Positions 11,559 to 22,782 of a DNA stretch of 64,000 nucleotides are shown here, one piece after another. How positions within the stretch are numbered: position 1 is the first letter of the stretch; the number at the start of each line of letters is the position of its first letter. The notes under the pieces were generated by a model that was given only the letters and a program-made list of their open reading frames with translations, was not told where the DNA came from and searched no databases. The stretch spans positions 416,001 to 480,000 of the forward strand of contig CAVXZB010000084.1 of NCBI GenBank assembly GCA_963765895.1. Direction: 5' to 3'. A program made the translations under genes and the position numbers. The stretch comes from an uncultured Nitrososphaeraceae archaeon. GTDB taxonomy: Archaea > Thermoproteota > Nitrososphaeria > Nitrososphaerales > Nitrososphaeraceae.

Positions 11559-12416
11559 TCATGAATAGTTCTCAGGTAAGGTTTCAATTTCTGCGATCAA
11601 ATCCCAGATCGAATTATGCCTGTTCTCCGGTTTAATTTCTATCATTTTCATGATTGATTGATCCAATCTAGAGGAGATGTTCGAACGATGAGTTGATGGG
11701 GGTTGTACAACTATTTTTTCTAAGGTATTATTGTTATCTTCATAGGTGATAGGTTTCTTGGAAGTAAGCATTTCATAAAATATTACTCCTATTGAAAATA
11801 TATCAGCACGACCATCCACAGTATCTCGTCCAAACCACTGCTCTGGTGCGCAATAGATTGGTGTTCCTCCAAGCTCTCCTAGAGTTGCAGTTAATGCTAT
11901 AGATTCTCTTTTAACATCTTTTCCAAGTCCCCAATCAGTAACTTTGATTTCATATCTATTAGGAGTTGTGTACATAATGTTGTCTGGTTTTAAGTCTCTG
12001 TGGTATATTTTCTCGCTATGAGCCTGTGCTAAAGCATTACATATAGGTAAGATTATTTTGTTAATTGTCCACTTCGATTCAAATAGTTCTCCACGGCTAA
12101 ACTTTTCATCCATATGTTCTCTAAGTGAACCGCCACTCAAGTATTCCATTACATAATACGGTGTAAAATTGGGAGGCTCACCGCCTACATTCCACTGAGT
12201 GATTTTGACGATGTTTGGATGGTCTAGTTGTGAAAGAATTCTTATTTCTCTCTCAAAGCGATCTTTGTTGATACTATTGAAATTTTCTAATTCTTTTAAT
12301 GCATACTTGTTGTTGTCTTCTCCGATTACTCCGTATACTGCCCCAAAGCCACCTGAACCTAAACGCTTTACTATATTGTATCTCAATACGTATAGATATA
12401 CATGTACGCAACACAC
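11559..12416 (-). CDS. Hanks-type Ser/Thr protein kinase, catalytic domain only
   Basis: LGSGGFGAVY, ALK, RFERE, HPNIV, HRDLKPDN, DWG, GTPIYCAPEQ and ADIFSIG. Likely start is TTG at about 12386. Confidence 0.93.
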   Translation of the reverse strand: MCCVHVYLYVLRYNIVKRLGSGGFGAVYGVIGEDNNKYALKELENFNSINKDRFEREIRILSQLDHPNIVKITQWNVGGEPPNFTPYYVMEYLSGGSLREHMDEKFSRGELFESKWTINKIILPICNALAQAHSEKIYHRDLKPDNIMYTTPNRYEIKVTDWGLGKDVKRESIALTATLGELGGTPIYCAPEQWFGRDTVDGRADIFSIGVIFYEMLTSKKPITYEDNNNTLEKIVVQPPSTHRSNISSRLDQSIMKMIEIKPENRHNSIWDLIAEIETLPENYS

Positions 12417-12743
12417 TTTATACAGGTATAGTTTTCCCTCTGTCCTAATCCATCGATGGTTGCATTCAGCTAACGAAATGTTGGAGACACGAACTCTTAT
12501 TCTGGGCGAGATAGTTGGGACACTAATTTTCGGTATAAAATCAATGGCGTGTTTCTATGAAGGGTAAATTGTCTGAGAGGAAGATTTTCTGTTACTGGCT
12601 AACATTTCCCTAGCAGCACAGTAATTTGAATTTTTGAGCTACATGTCTTATAGATAGGATCTGGTTCTAGATTAAATTTATTTTACTTTTTATTTAATTC
12701 TTTGATTTCTTGAGTGCGTAGTGTTATATTCATCATCATCTAT

Positions 12744-12808
<65 letters not shown>

Positions 12809-12819
12809 TCCAACTAGAA

Positions 12820-13458
12820 TCACTTGACTATTACAAAGGATCTGACGATTTTCTCTATTGCTGGGAGGTGTTTGAGGTATTCAGGTTTTGCCTCAGAATA
12901 TGATATTGTATACGCAGTGTTACCTTTTATAGTCCATATATTCATTGATTGAAATTCTGATGACATGGATAATAGGCTAGAGAACGTGTAGATAATTTTG
13001 TGTGCAGGGACTCCAGAAAGTACGATATTACTAGAATTTATCATGTGAAATCCAGGCAATCCCTTTGCAATCTGTAAGTTTTGATTGGTTAAGGACTTCA
13101 AATCACTATTTTTACTACTAATATTTTCAATTGACAAGGTTACGAACGGCATTAGTTGCTGATGTTCGTTTTCTACCGCTGGCATGAATTCAACGATATG
13201 ACCATTAGACGTTACGTTCTCGATGGGCTTCCAAGATATTGGATGTAAAATTTGAATTCCTGAATTAGGATTTTTATAAGCAACAAACTTTGTTGAATTG
13301 TAATCTATTGGTGCTGACATATTCATGGATGATGGTGACATATTCATTTGCGCCTTTAATATTTGGAAAAAATTAGGGTAGGATAGAGTAATTAGTAGAG
13401 CCACTGATAGCATAATAAATACTATTGTACAATGCGAGAGATACAATTTCTTATACAA
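12820..13458 (-). CDS. exported PsbP/Mog1-like domain protein
   Basis: Signal peptide, then FVAYKNPNSGIQILHPISW, LSGVPAHKIIY, AYTISY and LPAIEKIVRSF. Met-rich linker QMNMSPSSMNMS. Confidence 0.75.
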   Translation of the reverse strand: MYKKLYLSHCTIVFIMLSVALLITLSYPNFFQILKAQMNMSPSSMNMSAPIDYNSTKFVAYKNPNSGIQILHPISWKPIENVTSNGHIVEFMPAVENEHQQLMPFVTLSIENISSKNSDLKSLTNQNLQIAKGLPGFHMINSSNIVLSGVPAHKIIYTFSSLLSMSSEFQSMNIWTIKGNTAYTISYSEAKPEYLKHLPAIEKIVRSFVIVK

Positions 13459-13691
13459 CGAGTAATTCTTGTGATTTCATATAACTTTTTTCTACCTAAC
13501 TATGTCAATTTCGATATTACGATGTTCTTATTGCACTAGGAATTGCTTCTTGTTCGGTGAAAGTACAATCTCAAATCCATGAATAACCCATCTGTTTTAG
13601 ATTACATGATTTAGTTCTTCCTTTCTTTTGGTTAATACCTTTATCCGTTCTCATTCTAGACTGTGCTGGTAAAGGACTTGATTTGAGTTGA

Positions 13692-16039
13692 TCAATCAAT
13701 GTCGATTGAACGAAGTAAATTGAGTGCAGAACCTGCCCGAAACCATCTCAATTGATCATCGTTATATGAATGCTGTAAATGTATGACTTCATCTCAGACC
13801 GCTGCTGTGATGTAGCGTACATCTAACAGGTTGTTTGGGTTTGAGCCCTTCTAAACCTGATATACTAAGCCTGTCATCTTCCAGAATCTTATCATAATCT
13901 AATGGATCTATAAAAGTCAAGGCGAGTATACCCTGTTTTTTGAGATTAGTTTCATGAATTCGGGCAAAACTTCTTGCTATCAGGGCTACGCATCCTAGAT
14001 ATCTCGGTGTCATGGCGGCATGTTCCCTGCTACTACCTTCGCCATAATTTCTGTCTCCTATAATGATCCACTTTAGACCTCTGTTTTTGTAATCTCTAGC
14101 AATATGTGGAAACGATTCATTCTTACCATTAAGAATATTCTTGCCAGTTCCAATTTCCTCGTCATGGTAGGCATTGACTCCACCAAGAAGCAAATTATCA
14201 CTAATCTTATCTAGATGACCTCTATACATTAACCACATCCCAGCAGGTGAAATATGATCGGTGGTACATTTTCCCTTTACTTTGGCCAATACCGGTAATT
14301 TTACGAAATCCTTACCATCCCATTTTGGAAATGGTGCCAGTTTTTGTAATCGATCACTATTGTTATTAATTACTACCTCAATCTTTTCCGGCTCTATCGA
14401 TGGTGGAAGATAAACCCATTCAATATCTTTAAAGCCAGATTGCGGAAATTCTGGGGCTACCCTAGGAGGAATAAGATTGAACTTGGTTCCATCGCTTGCA
14501 CTCAGTTGGTCATTAATGGGGTTGAAAGAAAGCCTTCCTCCCAGCGCGAGTGCTATAACAAGCTCTGGACTAGCGATAAAATTCATAGTATTTCTCTTTC
14601 CATCATTTCGTCCTGGAAAGTTTCTGTTATAGGATGTGACGATTGTATTGGGTTCATTTTTCTTAAGTTCAGGCCGCTTCCATTGTCCTATACATGGACC
14701 ACAAGCATTTGCAAGGACATTTGCACCGATTTTCTTTAGCGACTCCATCTGGCCATCTCTTTCAATAGTAGCTCGAATCATTTCAGAGCCCGGAGTTACT
14801 TGCAATGGCACCTTCGTTTTAATTCCTCTGGCATGTGCTTGTTCTGCTACGTCAGCAGCACGGGACATATCTTCATAAGATGAATTTGTACAGCTCCCAA
14901 TCAACGCTACCGAAATTGAGTCCAGGTAGTTATTCTTTTTTACATCATCTGCCATCTTTGAAATAGGCCTTGCAAGATCAGGAGTATGAGGACCTACAAC
15001 ATATGGTTCGAGATCAGATAGGTTGATTTCAATTAATTGATCAAAATACTTTTTTGAATTTTCTCGATCCTTAGATATATCCTCTTCTATTTCTGGATCT
15101 TGGATTAGTAGGTCGATATGCTTATTTGCAATATTTGCTATTTCTGCTCTTCCAGTAGCTCTAAGATAAGTGTCCATCTTTTCATCGTATGGAAACATCG
15201 AGGAGGTAGCTCCTATTTCAGCTCCCATGTTTGTAATCGTAGCTTTTCCTGTACAACTAATTGTTCTAGCTCCTGGCCCAAAGTATTCGATTACAGCATT
15301 TGTTCCCCCTGACACAGTCAATTTGGATGCCACATAAAGTATAACATCTTTTGGAGAGGCCCACTTGCTCAGTTTTCCTGTTAGATACACTCCGATACGT
15401 TTTGGATATAATAATTCCCAAGCCATTCCAGCCATTACTTCAGCCGACATCTAGACCGCCTACTCCAATAGCTACCATCCCGAGACCTCCGGCGTTTGGA
15501 GTATGCGAGTCAGTTCCTATCATTAGACCTCCAGGGAATGCGTAGTTTTCAAGAACTACTTGATGAATGATTCCCGCTCCGGGTTTCCAGAAGCCTAATC
15601 CGTATTTAGCTGCCGCAGATTCTAAGAATTGGTAGACTTCATTATTCTCATATATAGCGGCCTGGGTATCCGATTCACTACCTACTCTCGCCTGAATCAG
15701 GTGATCACAGTGAACCGTGGTAGGGACAACAGTTTGCATTAGACCGGCCTGCATAAATTGCAGGATTGTCATTTGTCCTGTAACGTCCTGTAGGGCAACC
15801 CTATCAGGATTTAGAAGAACATAACTTGTACCAGGAATCAATTTGTCATCTTTGTAGGGTACCATGGTGCGGTCCAGGTGCCCAATCAAAATTTTTTCAC
15901 ATACCGAAAGTGGTCGATTGGTAATTTTTCGAAATGATGAGATATTGTTATATAATTTTCTGTATACGTTGTCTACTAGGAAAGGTGTTGTTTTAACATG
16001 AATTTGAGGTTTGGAACTAATTGTAGCATTCATTATCAA
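13692..16039 (-). CDS. acn: aconitate hydratase (mitochondrial-type/AcnA family), split by two single-base frameshifts
   Basis: DRVALQD, HCDH, GIIHQV, TDSHT, IGSCTNSS, CGPCIG, SYNRNF, TTDHIS and GSSREH. An extra base at about 15448 (DAAEVM) and another at about 13793; the second gives the C-terminus ...WFRAGSALNLLRSIDID* ending at 13692. Confidence 0.95.
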
Positions 16040-16329
16040 GCATTATTATATATCATCCATATTTCAAATAGGTTTTCTTATATCCAAAATTTTATAGACT
16101 AGTAAAACACCATATAAACAAGGATTTTTATTCGACTCGTAGAAAACGGTTATAACCCTTCGAAAAAATGTCCCAGGCGATGATTAGAAATAAGCCAATA
16201 TCATTAAGCCTTAAAAGATTAAGATTCATACGTTTGTGTTAAGTGTCACAGGTACGATTGAGATTACTTCAGAATTTAGATTATCTTCTTGTCCGCGCCA
16301 TTATTTAAGTTTCACTTTTTATACACTAT

Positions 16330-16701
16330 CTATCTATTGAAACTTGACACATGGATTGAGCGCCTCTCCATTATTGCCTTCAAATCGAATACTATCAACA
16401 ATCCTTGCAGCACATAGCCGCCGACGATCAGTACAACCGCATTTATCGGTTTTTCAAATGTCGTCATAAGATGGACATGCGGTGGAGCAAGGCTGTTACC
16501 TATGATCACTATAAATCCAACTGGGATACATGCGTATAGCGCCTTACTGGATTCCTTCCAGACTAGATATGTTAGAATAATGAATAAAAGCTCTAACGCT
16601 AAAGATCCATAAATCAATTTCGGATTTCCAAATGGAATTGCAATTAAGCCTATTATTGAAATGCACAGCAGAGTAATGACTGTAGCCCTATGATAGTTCA
16701 T
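16330..16701 (-). CDS. hypothetical four-TM membrane protein
   Basis: 123-aa ORF with ATG start, four hydrophobic segments and a conserved-looking GNSLAPPH loop. Confidence 0.7.
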   Translation of the reverse strand: MNYHRATVITLLCISIIGLIAIPFGNPKLIYGSLALELLFIILTYLVWKESSKALYACIPVGFIVIIGNSLAPPHVHLMTTFEKPINAVVLIVGGYVLQGLLIVFDLKAIMERRSIHVSSFNR

Positions 16702-17075
16702 ATCGTAGTAAAGTAGCAGATTAAGAAATAAAACTTTCTTCTGATGGTTTAGGTGTTAGAATATATTTGTAATTGGTATACAATGATGCCTGGCTCTATT
16801 TGTATTTGTAAATGCGTTAGAATGAAATTTCAACAGTTCTTTTTTAAGGGCAGAATATCGCTTGAAAATCAAGACTATTTGATGAATATGACTTGATTAT
16901 AGGTATTTTGTATACCAGAGAATGAACACTAGTGAGGCCATCAGAAGGATACTACATACAAGGGGTAGTTTTATAATAATTCCTGCATGAATTTGGAAAA
17001 TTATTCGCTAAATTAGTTTATTATATATGATGTTGTTATAGCCTCAATTTAGAATTACAGAAAGTGTAAGTACTA

Positions 17076-17550
17076 ATGAGTAGACTAAAAACACGTCATA
17101 TTTGGTTATTATGGTTTGCATCTGTCTTCCAATGATAGCGACTAGGCGTCCGATACCACAGGCGATCCCAAACTCCACTACTACCATGGCCACTAATCAA
17201 AATCCTTCCAGTTCCGGCGATATAACATTCTATTTGTTCACTGCAAAACACGACTGACTTAATGAAATTAAACTAGGATTTCCAGCAGATACATTTTACC
17301 AAATGTGCTGATTGCCACTAAGGGCGATAATATAACTATACATTTCTATAACCTTGATACAACAGACAAGCATACCTTTACAATAGGAGCACCATATAAC
17401 CTTAGTGAGTACATAGTACCTCATCATAATGAAACACTTACATTTAAGATAAATCAAGAAGGAATTTTTCGATTCTATCTACTTATCATCAACTAATGAT
17501 GGCGGGATAATTTACAATGCTAGAGCCATCTACCGTAGAAAAGGTCCTTC
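17076..17550 (+). pseudogene. cupredoxin (blue copper) domain exported protein, decayed
   Basis: Pieces FYLFTAKHD*LNEIKLG..., LIATKGDNITIHFYNLD..DKHTFTI..., EGIFRFY and TYHQLMMAG*. The His and C-x2-H-x2-M ligand region is broken by frameshifts and in-frame stops. Confidence 0.75.
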
Positions 17551-18651
17551 ACCTATACTCTAACTGGGCTCGAATAACCGAAATGTTGCTTCCAAATAAT
17601 CGGAACAGCTAAAGCCCTTATACAACAATTTTATTGATTGAAAATGCAAGAGTATGACAGGCAGCCAAAAACAACAGCAAATTATTTAAAACATAAACCG
17701 ACCGATTCTCGAAGATATGTGGCTTTCTATCCAGGACTGACATCTAGGATCCGGACAGCCTCGTAGTTTGCCCTTACCATCACAGCGTTGGACTCCTCGC
17801 CAATCGTTTGGAATCAGCGACTACCTATTTCTCTATGATGACAACCATACATTTCCTAGGACATCGTGGGCCTTTACCCACAATGCAGATCTGTATGATG
17901 GATCATTCCTCTCTTTCGATCAGTCGGCTTCGACGTTAGTATTATCTTGTCGAATCGACCTATTATACTTTTATTGAATTTATCTAAATATTTTTAAAGT
18001 ATAAAATAAACCTAATTTTAATATTTATTCTTGTATATAATATTCAAACTAATTAACGTGACATCTAGGTTTTTATCGAAAATAGTAGCATTCTATGAAT
18101 TTAAATATGGTTTTGAAGAGTTCTTACGAATTAAGGCGAATATATTCGGAAGAATATACCGTCACACATAGCATTTGGAATCAGTCTACGATTAGTAGCA
18201 GGCCTTCGTAGAGACTCGACCGACCTTAAGAGAACACCTACGATAAAAGATCCTAAGAAGGATCACCATATGCATATCCTAACAGACTTCATTTTTCTGC
18301 CCGTCAAGATAATAGAATATGGACTTAATCTCTTATTTGATTTTTGAAACAGCTGCTAAAATATAATTCAAATAACAAAATCCATTTTCACTCCTATACA
18401 GATTTGATTTACGCGACTAGACATGTATAAAGTGTACATATATGTTATATAAGGCAGATATCCAAATTTATGAGATAATATTGAAGTTTGGATAAAGGAC
18501 TCTATATAAACAATTTTTGCTCTACACCTTAGGTCATTACAAATAAGCAATTTCAGACTTTTCTCCGGTTAATGTCTTGGGAGGGGAGTAACTCAAGCTA
18601 ACCCAAAAAGGCTTAAAGAATAGTATCTATTCTTCGTATGCTGAGCGAATT

Positions 18652-19701
18652 GTGAGAATAAAACTAATTTACAACAATTGTCGTTATAAATCTAGGACTA
18701 CAGGCATACTCGGTGCTGCCCTCATTATCTTAGTGTTGATACTATCGTCAACATCAGTAAAAAATGGCTATGCAATTCCACTGCAACCTTCATCTTCAGA
18801 TCAAAACGGTAAAGTATTTGTTATGTATGCAGGCTCACTTGCAAAGATATTTGAAGAAGATCTCGGTCCAGCATTTCAAACTAGAACAGGTTACATATAT
18901 ACTGGAGAAGGAAGGGGCTCATTACAAGTTGCAAATATGATAATAGATGGTCAGAGAAGACCAGATGTCTTTGTCAGTGCAGGTACAATTCCTATTAACA
19001 AACTGATCAACTCGACTAGTAGTATTAAAGGTAAATCATCACCCGCACAAGGATTAGTTAAATTCGCATCGGCGGAAATGGTAATTGCATATTTGCCTAC
19101 CAGTCGATTTCATGTAGACCTAGATAAGGCAAAGAAGGGACTTATCCCCTGGTATCAGGTCTTATCTGAACAAGGCTTCAAGTTTGGAAGGACGGATCCT
19201 GATTTAGACCCGAAAGGATACTATACGGTAATCATGTCCAAACTCTCTAACTCATATTACAAGGATGATACTATTAAACAAAGAGTCTTAGGAGAGGATA
19301 AAAATCCAAAACAACTATTTCCAGAGGAAACTCTTATAACCACTCTGGAGACTGGCCATCTAGATGCAATAGCTGCATACAAACATGAAGCAATAGCAAG
19401 AGGACTTCAGTATATAACGCTACCCGCTCAGATTAATCTTGGCAATCCGTCTTTTTCTAATCTTTATAAAACAGTTACATATAATTTGCCTAGTGGTCAA
19501 ATGATCCACGGTGAACCAATCTATTTTTCGGTTATAATACCGAATACTTACCAAAATCTAATGGGAGCCAAAGCTTTTGTCAAGTTCTTACTATCGCCTG
19601 ATGGTTCAAGTATCTTACAGCGAGATGGTTTGGACCGCATCAAACCTGTTGCCCAAGGGCAAATGACAAAGATCCCTTTTACAGGGAGTACATCTCGTTG
19701 A
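18652..19701 (+). CDS. tungstate/molybdate ABC transporter substrate-binding protein (WtpA/ModA family)
   Basis: MYAGSL, GEGRGS, PDVFVSA, FGRTDPDLDPKGYY, LPAQINL and GEPIYF, plus a signal peptide. Confidence 0.85.
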   Translation: MRIKLIYNNCRYKSRTTGILGAALIILVLILSSTSVKNGYAIPLQPSSSDQNGKVFVMYAGSLAKIFEEDLGPAFQTRTGYIYTGEGRGSLQVANMIIDGQRRPDVFVSAGTIPINKLINSTSSIKGKSSPAQGLVKFASAEMVIAYLPTSRFHVDLDKAKKGLIPWYQVLSEQGFKFGRTDPDLDPKGYYTVIMSKLSNSYYKDDTIKQRVLGEDKNPKQLFPEETLITTLETGHLDAIAAYKHEAIARGLQYITLPAQINLGNPSFSNLYKTVTYNLPSGQMIHGEPIYFSVIIPNTYQNLMGAKAFVKFLLSPDGSSILQRDGLDRIKPVAQGQMTKIPFTGSTSR

Positions 19702-20030
19702 AACTTTTGATTCGATTTTTATTTAATCAAAAAGAGGCAAAGAAAGGAGTTTAGGGATTCCGTTGGGATCGGCGTGTCTAGAGGTACAAGCTAAAATAAA
19801 TGTAAAAGGTGGATGGATAGTATTGATTGATTCCTTGATTTGAAAATACGTAATTATCTATTTCGCAGATAGTGTATCGCACAGGCCTATTCTGACACTG
19901 GCGTATCTAAGAAAGTAAAGGAAGATGGGAAATTGGTGAATAATTTAGGATATGGTATTATGAACGATAAGCCGTACGATAATATTTCAAACCTATATCG
20001 TAGTAATCAAGATATAATCTCTTGTTATTT

Positions 20031-21566
20031 TCATGCCACATCTTTGACAGTTAATGGCGTCATCTTGATTGCAAGGCGTCTCATTCTAATAGCTAGAATG
20101 ACACATACAATTGCCATTACAAGCCCGAGTGCAAAAACAATGTTAAATGTCACAGGGCTAGGGTAGCTTTTCTCAACATTATCAACGGTAATAGGGATCG
20201 TGACAGATGTTAGAATTACAGTTGTCACGACTGGGCCTATTGCACCTCCTACAATCCTCATCATGTTTGTAATAGCTGAGGAGATTCCAGTATATTCTCT
20301 TGGCGTAAATGAAATAGTCGTGTTGATTAACGTGTTTGGTAAGAGTGCTCCAGCAATACCAAAAACAAAGAGGCTACCATTAATACCTTGTGATGAAGAG
20401 TGGAAAAATAAAAGTAACAAGAATGAAACGGCGGTAATTCCTATACCTGGTACCAGCAACTTTAAATTGAGCCCTCTTCTTTTTGCTACCAACAATCCGA
20501 AAACTGGTCCAAAGATCATCATTGACAATCCAAAAGCCAATTGTAGAAGTCCAGTGTGGATCGGGTCCAGTCCTAACCCAGACGGGACAGGAGCAGACCC
20601 CAACTGTGGTATGCCTGTTATAACGAAATACTGTAAAATACCAAACATCAGCATCATGATGTTCCCAGTAAAAATCACTGGATGAAAAACTAACTTCAAG
20701 TTCACTATCGGAGGCTTTATTCTCTTCTCCACAATTAAGAATAGTATAAGAAAAATAACCCCTATTATGAGAGGGACTAGAAACGCTAGCAAGTTTGTAG
20801 CAAGAGATCCACTAAATGTTATTGCTACTAGAAAACTGACGAGTGTCACAGTCAATATTACAATACCAATAAAGTCTATACCTTGCTTTTTATTCTGCTT
20901 CTTATCCTTCTTAGGAATGTCGCTTGAAGCTTTTTGTTCAATGTGATCATGTTCATGTATCTTTTTACCCTCGTCTGCATGAAGGAACCTCCAGCATGCA
21001 AATAACAAAACTACTGCAATAGGAGCACAGAGATAGAAATTACCCTGCCATCCTGGGCCTGCAGCAACAACAGGTCCTAGCACAGCTCCCAGTGCCATGC
21101 CGCCAGAATAAGCCGCGAGATATATGCTCAAACCAATAGGGAATTTAGTTTTTGGGACTTGATCTCTTATCAATTTAGTTGAAATTGGGGTGCTAGCGAC
21201 GGCTACCCCCTGAAGTACCCTGAGAGCAAGAAGAACCGATATATTAGGAGAAAAAGGAGCCAAGATAGTTCCCACGGTAAAACAGATCATCATTATCATT
21301 AGCATTTTTTTGGCACCGAACAGATCCGACAATCTCCCCATAATCACAGTCATGACAGCTCCACAAACCATGTATGCTGTCATTACCCAAGAAGCAAGAG
21401 ATTGAGAAATTTGAAAGTCCTCAGCTATACTTGGAAGAGATGGTGACATTGCGGTATTAAGATAGAGAAATATCACTATAGTACCTGATAATATCAGAAT
21501 AGTTTTCCACGCATTAAACGAGATATGTTCTGGAGCAGAAGGTCGGATATCGGCACTTGCAGACAA
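20031..21566 (-). CDS. MFS transporter, DHA2 (EmrB/QacA-like) family
   Basis: PSLPSIAEDF, SWVMTAY, GRLSDLFGAKK (motif A), RVLQG, GWQGNF, IDFIG and RIVGGAIG; about 14 TM segments. Confidence 0.92.
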   Translation of the reverse strand: MSASADIRPSAPEHISFNAWKTILILSGTIVIFLYLNTAMSPSLPSIAEDFQISQSLASWVMTAYMVCGAVMTVIMGRLSDLFGAKKMLMIMMICFTVGTILAPFSPNISVLLALRVLQGVAVASTPISTKLIRDQVPKTKFPIGLSIYLAAYSGGMALGAVLGPVVAAGPGWQGNFYLCAPIAVVLLFACWRFLHADEGKKIHEHDHIEQKASSDIPKKDKKQNKKQGIDFIGIVILTVTLVSFLVAITFSGSLATNLLAFLVPLIIGVIFLILFLIVEKRIKPPIVNLKLVFHPVIFTGNIMMLMFGILQYFVITGIPQLGSAPVPSGLGLDPIHTGLLQLAFGLSMMIFGPVFGLLVAKRRGLNLKLLVPGIGITAVSFLLLLFFHSSSQGINGSLFVFGIAGALLPNTLINTTISFTPREYTGISSAITNMMRIVGGAIGPVVTTVILTSVTIPITVDNVEKSYPSPVTFNIVFALGLVMAIVCVILAIRMRRLAIKMTPLTVKDVA

Positions 21567-21816
21567 TTTAAAAGTGTCGGGAATTGGGCATATTTAAGAT
21601 TATGCATCACGCCGTCATAAGATATAAAATACCTTGAATAGTAAGTCAGAAAGTAAAACCGTGCAAACTCGCCAGAAAATTCAATAAAGCTTGAGTGGCA
21701 TGCTATCTGCATAGATTTCCTATTATGATCGGAATGAGTTAGCAGGAGATGTTTATATATTACACTTTTTAAATGCTAATTAGCAATTAAAGCCAAGTTA
21801 AAAGATAGAACTGCTA

Positions 21817-22314
21817 ATGAGTGTTGAAGATTCGGCTATCGCTAAGTCTGTTGGAGAACAAGAAGAACAGGATAGAACGCCTGCAGATATGGCACTTTTG
21901 CAAGTTATACAAAAAGGGAAGAAGATCTCAAAACATGACGCTGACTATCAGGAACTTGAAGGCAAACCAGTCTCAGGGGAGAGTTGTTCAAAATGCAAAT
22001 TTAATCTAGGAGATGAGAAAAAATGTCATCTTGTTGAAGGAGAAATCAACAACGAATACGGGATTTCGAAATTCTTTTCTGCTAAAGGAGTAGGCATGCT
22101 ACCAGGTGATACCGTTTGGTATTACATAAAAAGGACAGGAAAAAAACTTCAATATGATGCAGGAGACGTAATTGATAAAGGGGCTGACGGATTTCAATGC
22201 AAAGATTGTAAATATTATTTATATTACAAAAAATGTTTATTAATTAACGGAGATTTTTTACCTGAGATGAGTTGTGGATACATTGTAAAAATTGGAAACG
22301 GAACAGAATTATGA
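21817..22314 (+). CDS. protein with two tandem HiPIP/Iro-like Cys domains
   Basis: KISKHDADYQ...CSKCKF...CHLVEGEI...GISKFF and ...CKDCKYY...CLLINGDF..EMSCGY match the HiPIP pattern YQ..C-x2-C..C-x-x-V-x-G-x-I..G-x-C-x2-F. Confidence 0.65.
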   Translation: MSVEDSAIAKSVGEQEEQDRTPADMALLQVIQKGKKISKHDADYQELEGKPVSGESCSKCKFNLGDEKKCHLVEGEINNEYGISKFFSAKGVGMLPGDTVWYYIKRTGKKLQYDAGDVIDKGADGFQCKDCKYYLYYKKCLLINGDFLPEMSCGYIVKIGNGTEL

Positions 22315-22782
22315 AGTAGTCAAGATAGGGTAATCTATTGTGGTATAATAAATATATTGCAAGTAAAAACGAGTAACAATGTAATCCTCGAACTAAGTTT
22401 ACAAAAACTAAGATGCGGCTTTAATTATTTTCTTAGTTTAAAGATAAATAAATCGGTTATAACTATGCAATGATTACTATTACAAGCATACAATAAATGT
22501 TTTTCATAGAAATTTAGATGCGCATATCTTTACTAATTGGAATGATAGATCTAACCTGTATAAAAATAGCAGGTGTCCAAATGCTATGCAACCAGTCAAA
22601 TTTAGTGCATTGTTAACGAAAAAACTTTGCTTCATATCGTGACTTAAATTCATCCCCCATTCTACGCATCCCATACAGCCGATAAATCTGAACAGGGAGG
22701 AGCATTAAACGAACACGATTTTTTCCAAATAGAACATCAAGATTTGACTTAAACCTTTTAAAGACACTGCACGACACCAGAA

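Noticed and set aside
17720-17960. GC-richer stretch that might be a decayed IS5 transposase or UTRA-like remnant on the minus strand
   Set aside because: Only vague similarity in broken frames; no terminal repeats or clear DDE motif.
18575-18606. GGGGAGTAAC in a short stem upstream of the WtpA/ModA gene (yybP-ykoY or Moco riboswitch-like)
   Set aside because: It lies upstream of the likely BRE/TATA element, so it is probably not transcribed, and the rest of either riboswitch fold is not evident.
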